49,906 bases of DNA from Chloroflexota bacterium (GTDB lineage: Bacteria; Chloroflexota; Dehalococcoidia; Lucifugimonadales; G022566795): the NCBI GenBank assembly GCA_022566795.1, contig JADFIF010000004.1:1-49906 (forward strand). The letters are read 5' to 3'. The notes beneath the pieces are model-generated. The model searched no databases, was not told the origin of the DNA, and saw nothing but the letters and a program-made list of their open reading frames with translations. Numbering within the stretch: position 1 is the first letter of the stretch; each line of letters begins with the position of its first letter. The translations under genes were made by a program, and so were the position numbers. Positions 33,527 through 42,615 of the stretch are shown here, piece after piece.

Positions 33527-34195
33527 TCAGCCGGGACCTTCTCCCGTGATCTTCTGCACGGCCTGCTCCAGCTGTTCCTTGGTGATAATACCACTGTGGT
33601 TGACAAGCTCGTCTCCATTCGAGTTCACCACGACGGTGGTAGGTAGCAGGCTAACGCCGTACCTTCGCGTCAACACCCCGTCCTCATCTGTGGCTATCGG
33701 ATACTTCACCCCCACTCGATTGACAAACCCTGAGACCGCCAGCCTGGGTGTGGAGACCGCAACCCCAATGAGGGCCACGCTTTCTTTGTGTTCCTGCCAG
33801 AAGCGTTCCAGCTCTGGCATCTCTTCGACGCAAGGAGCACACCACGACGCCCAGAAGTTCAAGACTACTACCTCGGTTCCGAAGTCGGACAGTTGCCTGG
33901 TGGACCCATCGAACATTGAGATAGGCGGGGGTGTGGCGTCCATGCCGGAGCAGGATACGACGATGAGCATGACGAAGATCGTGGCCGCCGCTCTTACGCC
34001 GTCGGGCTTGTGGTGAGGCCCCGGGCGGCGTCCGATATCAAGCGAGGCATCGGGAGTTCCCTCCGGGTTGGAGAGGGCGGCGCGGGTGGGGGAGGTGAGT
34101 CGCTCCAAGGGCTTCACGAGCGACTGGAACGCCGTCTCAGGCCTTGGTAGGTGGCAACGCGCGACCGCATCGGGCTCCCCCGTGCCACCGGACAT
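33527..34195 (-). CDS. TlpA/ResA-like thioredoxin-fold thiol:disulfide oxidoreductase, probable lipoprotein; start unresolved
   Basis: VVVLNFWASWCAPCVEEMPELE contains the CxxC motif. A signal-like AAATIFVMLIVVSCSG lies upstream, but no well-placed in-frame start precedes it. An out-of-frame ATG with a good GGAGGG SD sits about 34060, so an indel is possible. The 5' end given here is arbitrary. Confidence 0.65.
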   Translation of the reverse strand: MSGGTGEPDAVARCHLPRPETAFQSLVKPLERLTSPTRAALSNPEGTPDASLDIGRRPGPHHKPDGVRAAATIFVMLIVVSCSGMDATPPPISMFDGSTRQLSDFGTEVVVLNFWASWCAPCVEEMPELERFWQEHKESVALIGVAVSTPRLAVSGFVNRVGVKYPIATDEDGVLTRRYGVSLLPTTVVVNSNGDELVNHSGIITKEQLEQAVQKITGEGPG

Positions 34196-34482
34196 CAAGC
34201 CAAGTGCATCCCTGAAGCGTAAGTTCATATCCGTGCCGATGTTTTCGAGCTGGCAGCTTGCGCAGCGCACCGTAAGGCTCCGTAGGCCAGTGGGGTCGAG
34301 TGTAGCAGCAGGGTAGGGGGCGGTCAATCGGCGCCACGAATCTGAGCCGCCCTTAGTGTGTCGCGGCGCCGATACCGACCACGTGGCTCGAACTCGCTTC
34401 TCCCTACGCCATCGCCACGGTCGAATGACTCCGCTCGCCCGACATGCTAACGTGTGCGAGACGACATCGCGCATGACCAGCG

Positions 34483-34635
34483 CTTAGTCAGCAAGAAAGC
34501 GATACGCACTTTCCCACCCACGCGCCCGTGAGGCTTAGGGTCTGGGGGGACACCCCCGCCAGTCCCGACCCGTCGCGACTTGGAACCCACAGGGCGGGCG
34601 TGGGCTGTATCAAGATTTACGCAACGAAGCACTAG
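34483..34635 (-). repeat. repeat family C, copy 3
   Basis: CTTAGTCAGCAAGAAAGCGATACGCAC...GGGTCTGGGGGGACACCCCCGCCAGTCCCGACC...GCAACGAAGCACTAG is the reverse complement of copy 1 without its internal hairpin. Confidence 0.8.
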
Positions 34636-34665
34636 CTCATTCTCACTGGAGGCAAGTCGCATCCG

Positions 34666-36519
34666 ATGCAACAGACATACGAGGGCTCGCATCAGCGGTA
34701 CGGAGTGATCGTAGACACGAACGTTATGGTTCCGGCGCGGGACGGCATCGAGCTCGCCACGGACATCTTCTATCCGGCTGGGGGCGATCGAAAGGCGGAC
34801 GGGCGGTACCCAGCCATCCTGGAGCGGACCCCCTACGACAAGGCGACGGCCCGACAGGTAACGAAGGGCAAGTTCTTCGCGCGCAGAGGCTACGTCGTCG
34901 CGATACAGGACGTGCGCGGCAGGTTCAAGTCCGAGGGCGAGTGGTACGCCTTCGCCAAGGAGGCACCCGACGGGTACGACGCGGTCGAGTGGATCGCTCG
35001 GCAGCCGTGGAGCGACGGCCAGGTCGGCACGATGGGCGACTCCTACGCCGGGAGCGACCAGTCCGCTCTCGCGACTCTGAACCCTCCTCACCTGTCGACG
35101 ATGGTAGTGGCCGTTGGGGCGTCCAACTATCACCACAGCTCCATGCGACAAAACGGCGCCCTCGAGCAGCGCTTCATGGTCTATGCCTTCCGGATGGCCG
35201 TGACCAGCAAGGAGGCATCGGCCGACCCGGGACTGAAGGCAGCGCTGCTCCGGACCTTCCCCGACGATATACCTCAGATACTCGACCAGCTTCCCCTGAA
35301 GGAGGGGGCCACAGTCCTGCGAAGGCTGCCATCGTACGAGCGGTGGGCCATAGACATCCTGACCCACGGCGATTACGACGACTACTGGAAGCAGCGGGGC
35401 TACTCGCCGTCCGAGTATTACACCGAGCACGCCGACGTGCCAACCCTTTACCTCGGCGGCTGGTACGACTCCTATGCCCGCAACACCTGCGAAAGCTACG
35501 TCGCACTGAGCAAGATGAAGTCTGCCCCCCAGCGCCTGCTCATGGGGCCGTGGACTCACGGACAGTACGAAGTGACCTTCTCCGGCGACGTCGACTTCGG
35601 CCCGGGGGCGCACATCGACTACAACGACCTGAAGCTGGCCTGGTTCGACCACTACATGAAGGGGATGCACACCGAGGTTGCGGACTGGTCGCCGGTACGC
35701 ATCTTCACGATGGGCACCGGCGACGGCAAGCCCAACGACGACCGTCGCGTGAACCGGGGCGGCTACTGGCGAGACGAGCCGGACTGGCCCCCGCCGGAAA
35801 CCAGTTTCACACCCTACTACCTGGTGGGCGACGGCTCGCTGTCTACCAGAATGCCGGCGGCCGGGACCCGTCCGTCCACATCGTTCACCTTTGATCCGAA
35901 GAACCCCGTGCCGACCATGGGCGGGGGAATATCGGCGGCCGACACGGTCCTTAGGCCCGGTGCGTTCGACCAGAGGGGCAGACCCGATTTCCTCGGCTGC
36001 ACGAACACGCTGCCGCTTAACTCACGCGCCGACGTCCTCACCTTTCAGACGCCGCCACTCGTGGAGGATGTCGAAGTCACGGGACCCGTGGAGATGCGCC
36101 TCTGGGCGTCTTCTTCCGCGGTCGATACCGACTTCACCGCGAAGCTGATCGACGTGTACCCACCCAGCTCCGACTATCCGGAGGGTCTCGCCATCAACAT
36201 CACGGACTCCATAGTGAGGGCGCGATACCGGAATGGGTACGAGAAGCCGGAGCTGATGACGCCCGGGGAGCCCTACGAGCTCGTGTTCGAGCTCTATCCG
36301 ACGTCGACTGTGTTCAAGTCAGGCCACCGGATACGGATCGACATCAGCAGCAGCAACTGGCCGCGCTTCGACGTGAACCCGAACACCGGCGGCCCGCTCG
36401 GCCGGGACCAGAGCTACCAGCTCGCTCATCAGACCGTTTACCACGACACCGACTGCCCGTCGCACATCGTCCTGCCGATCCAGGAGGGTAGGGGAGACGA
36501 GTCTGCCGCTTCGGGCTAA
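34666..36519 (+). CDS. CocE/NonD family hydrolase (X-Pro dipeptidyl-peptidase S15 fold)
   Basis: RDGIELATDIFYP....YPAILERTPYDK...GYVVAIQDVRG...GDSYAG shows the nucleophile motif. The C-terminal beta-sandwich reads GHRIRIDISSSNWPRFDVNPNTG. Confidence 0.85.
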   Translation: MQQTYEGSHQRYGVIVDTNVMVPARDGIELATDIFYPAGGDRKADGRYPAILERTPYDKATARQVTKGKFFARRGYVVAIQDVRGRFKSEGEWYAFAKEAPDGYDAVEWIARQPWSDGQVGTMGDSYAGSDQSALATLNPPHLSTMVVAVGASNYHHSSMRQNGALEQRFMVYAFRMAVTSKEASADPGLKAALLRTFPDDIPQILDQLPLKEGATVLRRLPSYERWAIDILTHGDYDDYWKQRGYSPSEYYTEHADVPTLYLGGWYDSYARNTCESYVALSKMKSAPQRLLMGPWTHGQYEVTFSGDVDFGPGAHIDYNDLKLAWFDHYMKGMHTEVADWSPVRIFTMGTGDGKPNDDRRVNRGGYWRDEPDWPPPETSFTPYYLVGDGSLSTRMPAAGTRPSTSFTFDPKNPVPTMGGGISAADTVLRPGAFDQRGRPDFLGCTNTLPLNSRADVLTFQTPPLVEDVEVTGPVEMRLWASSSAVDTDFTAKLIDVYPPSSDYPEGLAINITDSIVRARYRNGYEKPELMTPGEPYELVFELYPTSTVFKSGHRIRIDISSSNWPRFDVNPNTGGPLGRDQSYQLAHQTVYHDTDCPSHIVLPIQEGRGDESAASG

Positions 36520-36604
36520 GCTCGGACCGCCGCCGAGACGCGTCACCTCGCCGAGACCGTTCGCCCTAGCCGACGCGGCGCACCCGAGCTCCGGAGTAGG
36601 TACC

Positions 36605-37608
36605 ATGCCTGAGGAGGTGACCCTCGTGCCCAGACCGCGAGTGCTTGTATGCCGTGAGATCTTTCAGGAGGCCTACGAGACTATAGAGGCCGAGGCGGAT
36701 GCAGAAATGTGGACAGAATATCTGCCCATGTCACGGAGCGTGCTTCTGGAGAAGATAAAGGGGGTCGATGGGGTCCTCAGCATGGTGACCGAGCGAGTAG
36801 ACGCCGAGCTGATGGATTCCGCGGGGTCGCAGCTTAGAGTCATCAGCCAGTTCGGGGTTGGGTTCGATAACATTGACGTCGCCGAGGCCACAAGCAGGGA
36901 GATAGCCGTAGGAAACACCCCGGACGTGCTGACGCAGACCACGGCCGACGCCGCCTTTGCGCTGCTGATGGCGGCGGCAAGGCGGATCGTCGAGGGTGCG
37001 AGGGCGGTCCGCGAGGGGAAGTGGGAGACCTGGCATCCGCTTCATTACCTGGGACAAGATGTCCACGGCAGCACACTCGGGATCATGGGCATGGGGCGAA
37101 TAGGAGGGGCAATGGCCCGCCGGGCGCGGGGGTTCGACATGGACGTGCTCTACACCGACATTGCGCGTCGAAAGGACATGGAGGCCGAGCTCTCGCTAAG
37201 GTATGTGGACCAGGACACATTGCTGAGAGAGTCAGACTTCGTGAGCCTGCACACGGTCTTGGGTGATGCTACCTACCATCTTATCGGCGAGCGGGAGCTG
37301 TCCATGATGAAGCCGACCGCGGTGCTGATCAACGCCTCCCGCGGGCCGGTGGTTGACCCCATGGCCCTCTACCAGGCCCTCAGCGCGGGAGAGATCGCGG
37401 CGGCCGCGCTGGACGTCACCGAGCCCGAGCCTATTCTCATGACGACCCGCTTCTGACCCTCGACAACTGCGTGATAGTGCCGCACATCGCTAGTGCCAGC
37501 GTGAAGACGCGGGCCGAGATGTCACGAATCGCCGCCCAGAACCTTCTCGACGGAGTCAGGGGAGAGAGACCTCGGTACTGCGTCAATCCAGAGGTGTACG
37601 AGCGCTGA
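36605..37608 (+). pseudogene. D-isomer-specific 2-hydroxyacid dehydrogenase (GhrB/glyoxylate reductase-like) with a frame disruption near 37439
   Basis: Frame 1 runs to [16 protein letters not shown] (stop at 37454..37456). From 37441 a second frame reads [27 protein letters not shown]...NPEVYER* to 37608. That second frame carries the conserved PH(I/L)(A/G)SA catalytic-His motif. One nucleotide appears to be missing. Confidence 0.8.
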
Positions 37609-37701
37609 TGCCCTTCGACTTGGGTGTGCGGCCTGGGCCCGTGGCCAGGGAAGCTGATCGCCAGATCGCCGTGTGGGCCAGGTCGAGCATGCGGAGCCGC
37701 C

Positions 37702-38508
37702 CTATGTTTGCAAGGCCCCTGCCACCGCCTTGTAACCCGAGAAACAGGCGCGCTCGAAGGGATGCGTGCTGAACGTCTCGATGCTGATGTAGCGATCGTA
37801 GCCAATCTCGTCCAAGACACCAAGCGTGCTTGCCAGGTCCAGCCGTCCTTCGCCGGGAATATGCATCCGGTAGTCGGGATGCCTGCCCTCACAGTCCTTC
37901 ACGTGAACGTGCGCGATAAGATCGCCCATCCTCCGAGCTTCGGACCGGGGATCGAGTCCCATCAGCAGCAAGAAGCCCGGGTCGTAGTAGCATCGTAGGT
38001 TTTCCGCGCCGACCTCCTCGACCATCCTAAGCATCTGGTCGGTCGTGTCGAGCAGATCGCCGGGCCATATGGTGGTCAAGGCGATAAGGACTCCGCGCTC
38101 CGCGGCGTAGGCGCTGGCATCTCGGAGCGCGCTGGTTGTCTGCTCCCACAAGTGCCGCTGCCGCCGCGGGCTGCCTCGTGCGGGACCGACGTGAACGCCC
38201 AGGCTATCCGCCCCAAGGTCCAGCGCCACGTCTACAAAGCCCTTGAGATCCATGGGCCGGCCCTGCTCAATAGTAGTCGTCAGGTGCTCATGCGTAATGG
38301 CGATGCAGACCTCGAGGCCGAGACTCTCGGCATAACGCCGGAGCTCCGAGCGTTCCGCCGGCGGGAAGTGTTCCGGGGACGTGGTGCGTCCCTTGGTCGC
38401 CGAAAGATCGACGCCGTGGTAGCCGGCCTCGGCGATCGAGTCGAGCACCGGCCGGTACGGCATCGAGAGGATGTCGATGTACGAGAAGGTGTAGAACCCG
38501 ATCTTCAC
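37702..38508 (-). CDS. sugar phosphate isomerase/epimerase (xylose-isomerase-like TIM barrel)
   Basis: MKIGFYTFSY...AEAGYHGVDL...LGLEV....H.......LGA..L.VH.G...HVHVKD...G.G is the AP-endonuclease-2/TIM pattern. Confidence 0.8.
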   Translation of the reverse strand: MKIGFYTFSYIDILSMPYRPVLDSIAEAGYHGVDLSATKGRTTSPEHFPPAERSELRRYAESLGLEVCIAITHEHLTTTIEQGRPMDLKGFVDVALDLGADSLGVHVGPARGSPRRQRHLWEQTTSALRDASAYAAERGVLIALTTIWPGDLLDTTDQMLRMVEEVGAENLRCYYDPGFLLLMGLDPRSEARRMGDLIAHVHVKDCEGRHPDYRMHIPGEGRLDLASTLGVLDEIGYDRYISIETFSTHPFERACFSGYKAVAGALQT

Positions 38509-38640
38509 GGTGTGCGGACCATCGAGGGCTCGGCCGGCGGGACGCGGCTCGGCGCAGTGTAGCAGGGGGTCCTGGAAGGGTCAAACGGCTAATACGGCAC
38601 GACGCCGTCCACCAATGGGCCTATACGCCGCATCTTAGAC

Positions 38641-38700
38641 TGGTGCCCAGGAAGGGATTCGAACCCCCACTCCCTTTCGGGAAGCGGATTTTAAGTCCGC
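38641..38700 (-). pseudogene. 3' fragment of tRNA-Leu(UAA): anticodon stem to CCA, no 5' half (att-like duplicate)
   Basis: TGGTGCCCAGGAAGGGATTCGAACCCCCACTCCCTTTCGGGAAGCGGATTTTAAGTCCGC matches 42203..42262 at 57 of 60 positions. The sequence beyond 38700 has no D-arm or 5' acceptor strand. Confidence 0.75.
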
Positions 38701-38856
38701 CCATGCCCATCTCACCCCGAGATGCCACATCCCATGCGTGGCGTAGGGTAGGGGGCCACGGGCTTTCAATTGTCTACACCTGCCATCCTGTGCTGCGTCA
38801 TATCAACACGTTCGGGGGGCAATTTGGGGGCAATTCTCCTCTGCACTTAGCTGCCG

Positions 38857-39040
38857 TCAGAAGCCGCCGCCAACACCCTTTACGAAAGTCTCAGCCGCCG
38901 CCTTCTGCAACCCTGGTGCAACGTGAGAGTACGTGTCGTCGGTCAGCCCAACGCTGGCATGCCCCAATACCCAGACCAATTTCGCCTAAGCCATGCACCC
39001 CCTCGACCTCGAACCCTTTCACCTATGGACCAACGCCCCC
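38857..39040 (-). pseudogene. degraded tyrosine recombinase (phage-type integrase) C-terminal remnant
   Basis: The reverse strand reads ...WVLGHASVGLTDDTYSHVAPGLQKAAAETFVKGVGGGF*, which is the LGH....T...Y.H catalytic-Tyr region. Upstream homology (EGVHGLGEI, CRASAAMGAL) is broken by stops and frame changes. Confidence 0.5.
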
Positions 39041-39160
39041 ATAGCCGCAGACGCTCGGCACTTCGACCCGCCAACCTTCTACCCCGACTCCCACAGACGA
39101 ACCAACGTCGACTCCACTCCCACCATTACCACAGACAGCCAATCCACACGAGGCAGGTAG

Positions 39161-39793
39161 CTACTGCACCAGCGACAAGAGCTGCCTGGCAGCCTCCACC
39201 AGCGCCTCGTTCTCGGTTAGGGCCAGCACCTGCTCCAGGTCTGCGACCGCCCTGGCGGTGTCGCCCGCACTCACGTGGACCTGTGCCCTGTTGTAGTAGG
39301 CATCTCCCAACGACGGGTCGAGCTCAATCGCTTTGGAGAAGCTCAGCAAGGCCCTCTCATCGCTTTCGGCGGCTACAAGGACCAGGCCTTTGTTGTGGTG
39401 GGCGATGGCGAGGTCCGGATCGAGCTCTATTGCCTGGTTGACGTCGCCTAGCGCGAGCGCCAGGTTGTCACCAAGGAAGTAGACGTGAGCACGAGCCGCG
39501 TAGGCCATCGCCAGTGTGCTATCCAGTTCGATGGCCTTCGAATAGGCCTCTAAGGCCAGGGTCAGGAGGCCACCCTCTGCGAAATGCAAGCCCAGCTCGT
39601 ACTCGCGCGTCGCCCTGGAATCCGGCCTAGGACTCAGCGCCAACGTGGGGGGAACAGTTGGAGTGGGCTTCGGTGCCACAGCCAACTCGGACGCTGGGGT
39701 TCGAGTAGCCGTAGGTGTGGGCGCAGGCTCACCGCACGCCGCGCCGGCTGTAACGGTGAGCAACAGGACACCGATGACGAAGTATCTTTTCAA
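39161..39793 (-). CDS. TPR-repeat lipoprotein
   Basis: Lipobox LTVTAGAAC is followed by a Pro/Thr-rich linker and four TPR-like units (AYSKAIELDSTLAMAYAARA..., VNQAIELDPDLAIAHHNKG..., FSKAIELDPSLGDAYYNRA...). Confidence 0.7.
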   Translation of the reverse strand: MKRYFVIGVLLLTVTAGAACGEPAPTPTATRTPASELAVAPKPTPTVPPTLALSPRPDSRATREYELGLHFAEGGLLTLALEAYSKAIELDSTLAMAYAARAHVYFLGDNLALALGDVNQAIELDPDLAIAHHNKGLVLVAAESDERALLSFSKAIELDPSLGDAYYNRAQVHVSAGDTARAVADLEQVLALTENEALVEAARQLLSLVQ

Positions 39794-39926
39794 TTCTTCA
39801 CCTTAGCTCCGAGCTTTTCAGGCCCACCCTACCACAAGAGGTCGCTAAGCCGGGCAGGATGCTTTACCAACGGCTGGGGTCGATGCTACCCTGTCACCCC
39901 AACTACGCGCACCTAAGGAGGCAACG

Positions 39927-40553
39927 ATGTTCTACGAGCGAATCCTTTTACGACCGAGTCTTGGCAAGGGGAATGAACTCCGCGCCCTTGTCCAAGACAG
40001 GACCAAGAGCAATCAGCCAAGGCTAAGGACTGTTTTGACCGAGAGTGTCCTCGGTGAGGGGCAAACCTTTGTCTCCGGCACTTTTCATGAGAACCTCAAA
40101 GCGTATGAGACGGAGCGAGAGGCTCGCCGGGCTGACTCTGGTTTTCAGTCCTTTGCAGCGAAGGTGAGCGGTCTGTTAAGCCGCCCCAGGGAGGCCCAGC
40201 TGTTCGAGATCATCTCATCGTCTGCTGCCGGAGGTGGGTCCGCGCGCTATACCCACGGAGTGCGGCTCATCGCTGCCCGCGACAAAGAGATGGAACTGCG
40301 GCAGGCCCTGGAGGACTTCGCGCAAGCCAGGCAGGCTGAAGGCGCCACGGTCGCAGGCATCCATAGGCGCCTCTTCCCAATCGAGGGGCCAACGTTCCAC
40401 ATCTTCCTCGCCTACCAAGACCTAGGCGAGTACGAGAGCACGGTGCGCGAGCGCCCCGAGAGCATTCGCAACTTGATTGCGAAGACAAACCCCATCATCG
40501 CAGCGGCACCACGACAGCAGCTATTCCAGGTGATAGTGCCGTTGCCTAGCTAG
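39927..40553 (+). CDS. hypothetical protein with two tandem NIPSNAP/ABM-like (dimeric alpha-beta barrel) repeats
   Basis: There is an internal duplication: MFYERILLRP..GKGNELRALVQDR... and RYTHGVRLIAARDKEMELRQALEDF.... Each repeat ends in ...QLFE/QVIV. Confidence 0.5.
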   Translation: MFYERILLRPSLGKGNELRALVQDRTKSNQPRLRTVLTESVLGEGQTFVSGTFHENLKAYETEREARRADSGFQSFAAKVSGLLSRPREAQLFEIISSSAAGGGSARYTHGVRLIAARDKEMELRQALEDFAQARQAEGATVAGIHRRLFPIEGPTFHIFLAYQDLGEYESTVRERPESIRNLIAKTNPIIAAAPRQQLFQVIVPLPS

Positions 40554-40676
40554 CCAATACTGCTGTCCTTCCAGCAGCATCGAGTCAGAGAGAGCATGGC
40601 GGCGACCCCGGGTGACGCAGAGAACGTCCGGGGTCGCCGCTTCGGAGCACGGGGCATGACGGCCCGGCTTGCTTGT

Positions 40677-41177
40677 CTACCACAAACACCCGACGCCATC
40701 CCGACGCGCCTCTTGTTCGACGCTAATCAGTAACTCCCGGTGCTGGCCGTCTCCCTTCCACGCCACGGCCAGTCCCTCACGTACCAGCGTCTCGTCTATG
40801 CTGTCGCCCGCGTCCGTGTACAGGTAATACAGCAGCCGCCCGAACCTATCCTCAGTCCGCGGCCCTAGCTCGACCCGCACGTTGTTGCCTGCCAGCCTAC
40901 GCAGCCTGACCGTAGCGACTGAGGCACACCGCTCCCCCGCTTCGGGCGCGTCGATGCCGAACAGCCTAACGCTGAACGGGCCGGAGACGAAAGTATCGCC
41001 GTCGATGACTCGGTCCACGGGGATGTTCTCGCACGTCCGACAGCAGAGGGTAGTAGCACAATCAGGGATGTCTCTCCAGAACTCGTCAATCGCGAACAGC
41101 CCGACAGTGACCACCAAGGCTACCCCGAAGAGGGCGACGACTTTCCGGAAGATGCGCCTCATTGCCCGTTGCCGCAA
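40677..41177 (-). CDS. membrane-anchored thermonuclease (staphylococcal nuclease, SNase-like)
   Basis: An N-terminal TM helix (VVALFGVALVVTVGLFAI) is followed by VIDGDTFVSGPFSVRLFGIDAPE...GRLLYYLY...ETLVREGLA. Confidence 0.8.
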   Translation of the reverse strand: MRQRAMRRIFRKVVALFGVALVVTVGLFAIDEFWRDIPDCATTLCCRTCENIPVDRVIDGDTFVSGPFSVRLFGIDAPEAGERCASVATVRLRRLAGNNVRVELGPRTEDRFGRLLYYLYTDAGDSIDETLVREGLAVAWKGDGQHRELLISVEQEARRDGVGCLW

Positions 41178-41345
41178 TCAGGGTCGAGGCCGAGGGAGAC
41201 GCTAAGTGTAGAGGAGCCGGGCGCAGGGTGTTCTTGTCTAATCCTTGAGGCGAGCCAGACACGCAGATGACCTAAGGCGAAGAGCCCGCAGAATCCGGTC
41301 ACCGAGCCCCCTCTAGCCTCGCTAGGACTAAGAGTGCCGAGAGTG

Positions 41346-41734
41346 TCAGCCAACCTTCCTCCAGACATGCTCTGCTCCCGTCCTCACCCCTCCGCTGATA
41401 GTGCGTGTTGTCAGCCTATCCCCTTCAACCTTGACCTCGACCTCCATATCCAAGCCGATCAGGTTGCTTTCAGGTTGGCTACCCTCTTGAAAGTCGCTCT
41501 GGAGCCAGAAATCGTATACGTCCCGGCAAGCGCCCTAACACCCCGATAGGCTGCCATTGCTTCTTCGGGGGTCGGCTCACTCCCCTCTGAGCGTTGCCGG
41601 TTCTTGGGCATCACCACCATGCTAAAGTGCGTCTCAGTAAAGACACTGATGCCTTGATCGGTGTCGGAAACCGCCTCCCATGCGCCTACGAGTGGAGAAC
41701 TCATGACGATACCTCCTTTGGGATTACTGAGCAC
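41346..41734 (-). pseudogene. lipocalin-like domain protein, frame-disrupted near 41459
   Basis: Frame 1 reads MSSPLVGAWEAVSDTDQGISVFTETHFSMVV...LAGTYTISGSRATFKRVANLKAT*. From 41459 a second frame continues with IGLDMEVEVKVEGDRLTTRTISGGVRTGAEHVWRKVG*, the expected C-terminal strands. One nucleotide appears to be missing. Confidence 0.6.
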
Positions 41735-41858
41735 ATAGCTGCGCTCGGCAGCAGGATACAGGTCGGCTCTACGGGTGGCAAGCCGAAGGGGCAGGGACTC
41801 GAACCGCCTCAGGTCGTCTCAGTAGGCTTGACCTGGCGGGCATCGCATACTCGCCATC

Positions 41859-42056
41859 ATGTGGGACTGCGGCGCGACGAACGAACAGATCAGGGGTTTC
41901 TTCTCACGCATGTGCGAGCAGATAGGAGAGGACGGGTTCACGCCTGGAGAGGCCATGCTCATTTGCGTCTGTGACGATTGCCGCGATGAGTCAAAAACGC
42001 GAAGTGATTATGAGGACGACCATCATCCCAAGCTGGTAGGACCACGTTGGGACTAA
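41859..42056 (+). CDS. small Cys-rich hypothetical protein
   Basis: 65 aa with five Cys (CVCDDC cluster). No family was recognised. It could be spurious. Confidence 0.3.
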   Translation: MWDCGATNEQIRGFFSRMCEQIGEDGFTPGEAMLICVCDDCRDESKTRSDYEDDHHPKLVGPRWD

Positions 42057-42129
42057 CCCTGCTGTCCTACCTTGACTCTGCCAGGCGAACAGACGTACCA
42101 TTTGCCGCCATTCTCAAACAGATGGGGGC

Positions 42130-42159
42130 AAAAAGGGGGCAATTGGTCCGTTTGCCCCC
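42130..42159 (-). terminator. intrinsic terminator downstream of tRNA-Leu
   Basis: The minus-strand RNA reads GGGGGCAA-acggaccaa-UUGCCCCC followed by UUUUU, about 44 nt after the tRNA 3' end. Confidence 0.55.
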
Positions 42160-42202
42160 TTTGAAAGGCCTTTCGCCATTTCCCCGTCAATACCCTATAG
42201 AC

Positions 42203-42288
42203 TGGTGCCCAGGGAGGGATTCGAACCCACACTCCCTTGCGGGAAGCGGATTTTAAGTCCGCTGCGTCTGCCGTTCCGCCACCTGGGC
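42203..42288 (-). tRNA. tRNA-Leu (anticodon UAA), class II with a long variable arm and encoded CCA
   Basis: The reverse complement reads GCCCAGG-UG-GCGGAACGGCAGACGC-A-GCGGA-CUUAAAA-UCCGC-UUCCCGCAAGGGAGU-GUGGG-UUCGAAU-CCCUC-CCUGGGC-ACCA. The cloverleaf folds with one U.U mismatch in the T stem. Confidence 0.88.
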
Positions 42289-42489
42289 TTTTTGCGTAGG
42301 TGGTAACCGGGCGCATCCTTTGGCCCAAGGCCCCCCGGCCACGCCCGTCCACCGATATTATAAGGCAAGAAACGGCGGCACCTGGAAAACGCATCACCCG
42401 CGCGGTGCAGGGCGACGGAGTCTGAGAAGCAGGCGGGAGTCTAGCGGGCTGATTATGGATGGGGGTGCAGTCCCAATACGTCGGGATTG

Positions 42490-42565
42490 CCGGGCGCCAG
42501 AGAGCCTGCCCTGAGCAAAGCCTGCGGTGAGCCCTGTCCACGAGCGCAGCGAAGGATTGTCGAAC
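42490..42565 (-). repeat. repeat family R, copy d (partial)
   Basis: The reverse complement reads GTTCGACAATCC...GCTCAGGGCAGGCTCTCTGGCGCCCGG, sharing the TTCGAC and CAGGGCAGGCTC modules. Confidence 0.55.
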
Positions 42566-42615
42566 TATCGAAGTGGATGGCGGAAGAGTTTTTCAGCGCC
42601 CTGATAGGCCACGGC

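Larger units (their letters stand above)
38641..42262 (-). mobile_element. putative decayed integrative islet bounded by direct repeats of the tRNA-Leu 3' part
   Basis: A 60-nt direct repeat with 3 mismatches lies at 38641..38700 and 42203..42262, plus a shared TAGAC just outside each copy. A tyrosine-recombinase C-terminal remnant sits next to the left repeat. Confidence 0.5.

Noticed and set aside
33970-34474. Full 315-aa version of the TlpA-like ORF
   Set aside because: The N-terminal ~140 codons are R/P/S-rich, lack coding bias and approach a family C repeat. Only the region from the signal-like segment onward looks genuine.
34447-35670. 407-aa - strand ORF
   Set aside because: It lies antisense to the CocE/NonD hydrolase and runs through a family C repeat.
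38641-38760. Second complete tRNA-Leu gene
   Set aside because: Only the 3' 60 nt match. The sequence beyond the anticodon stem cannot form a D-arm or pair with the acceptor 3' strand.
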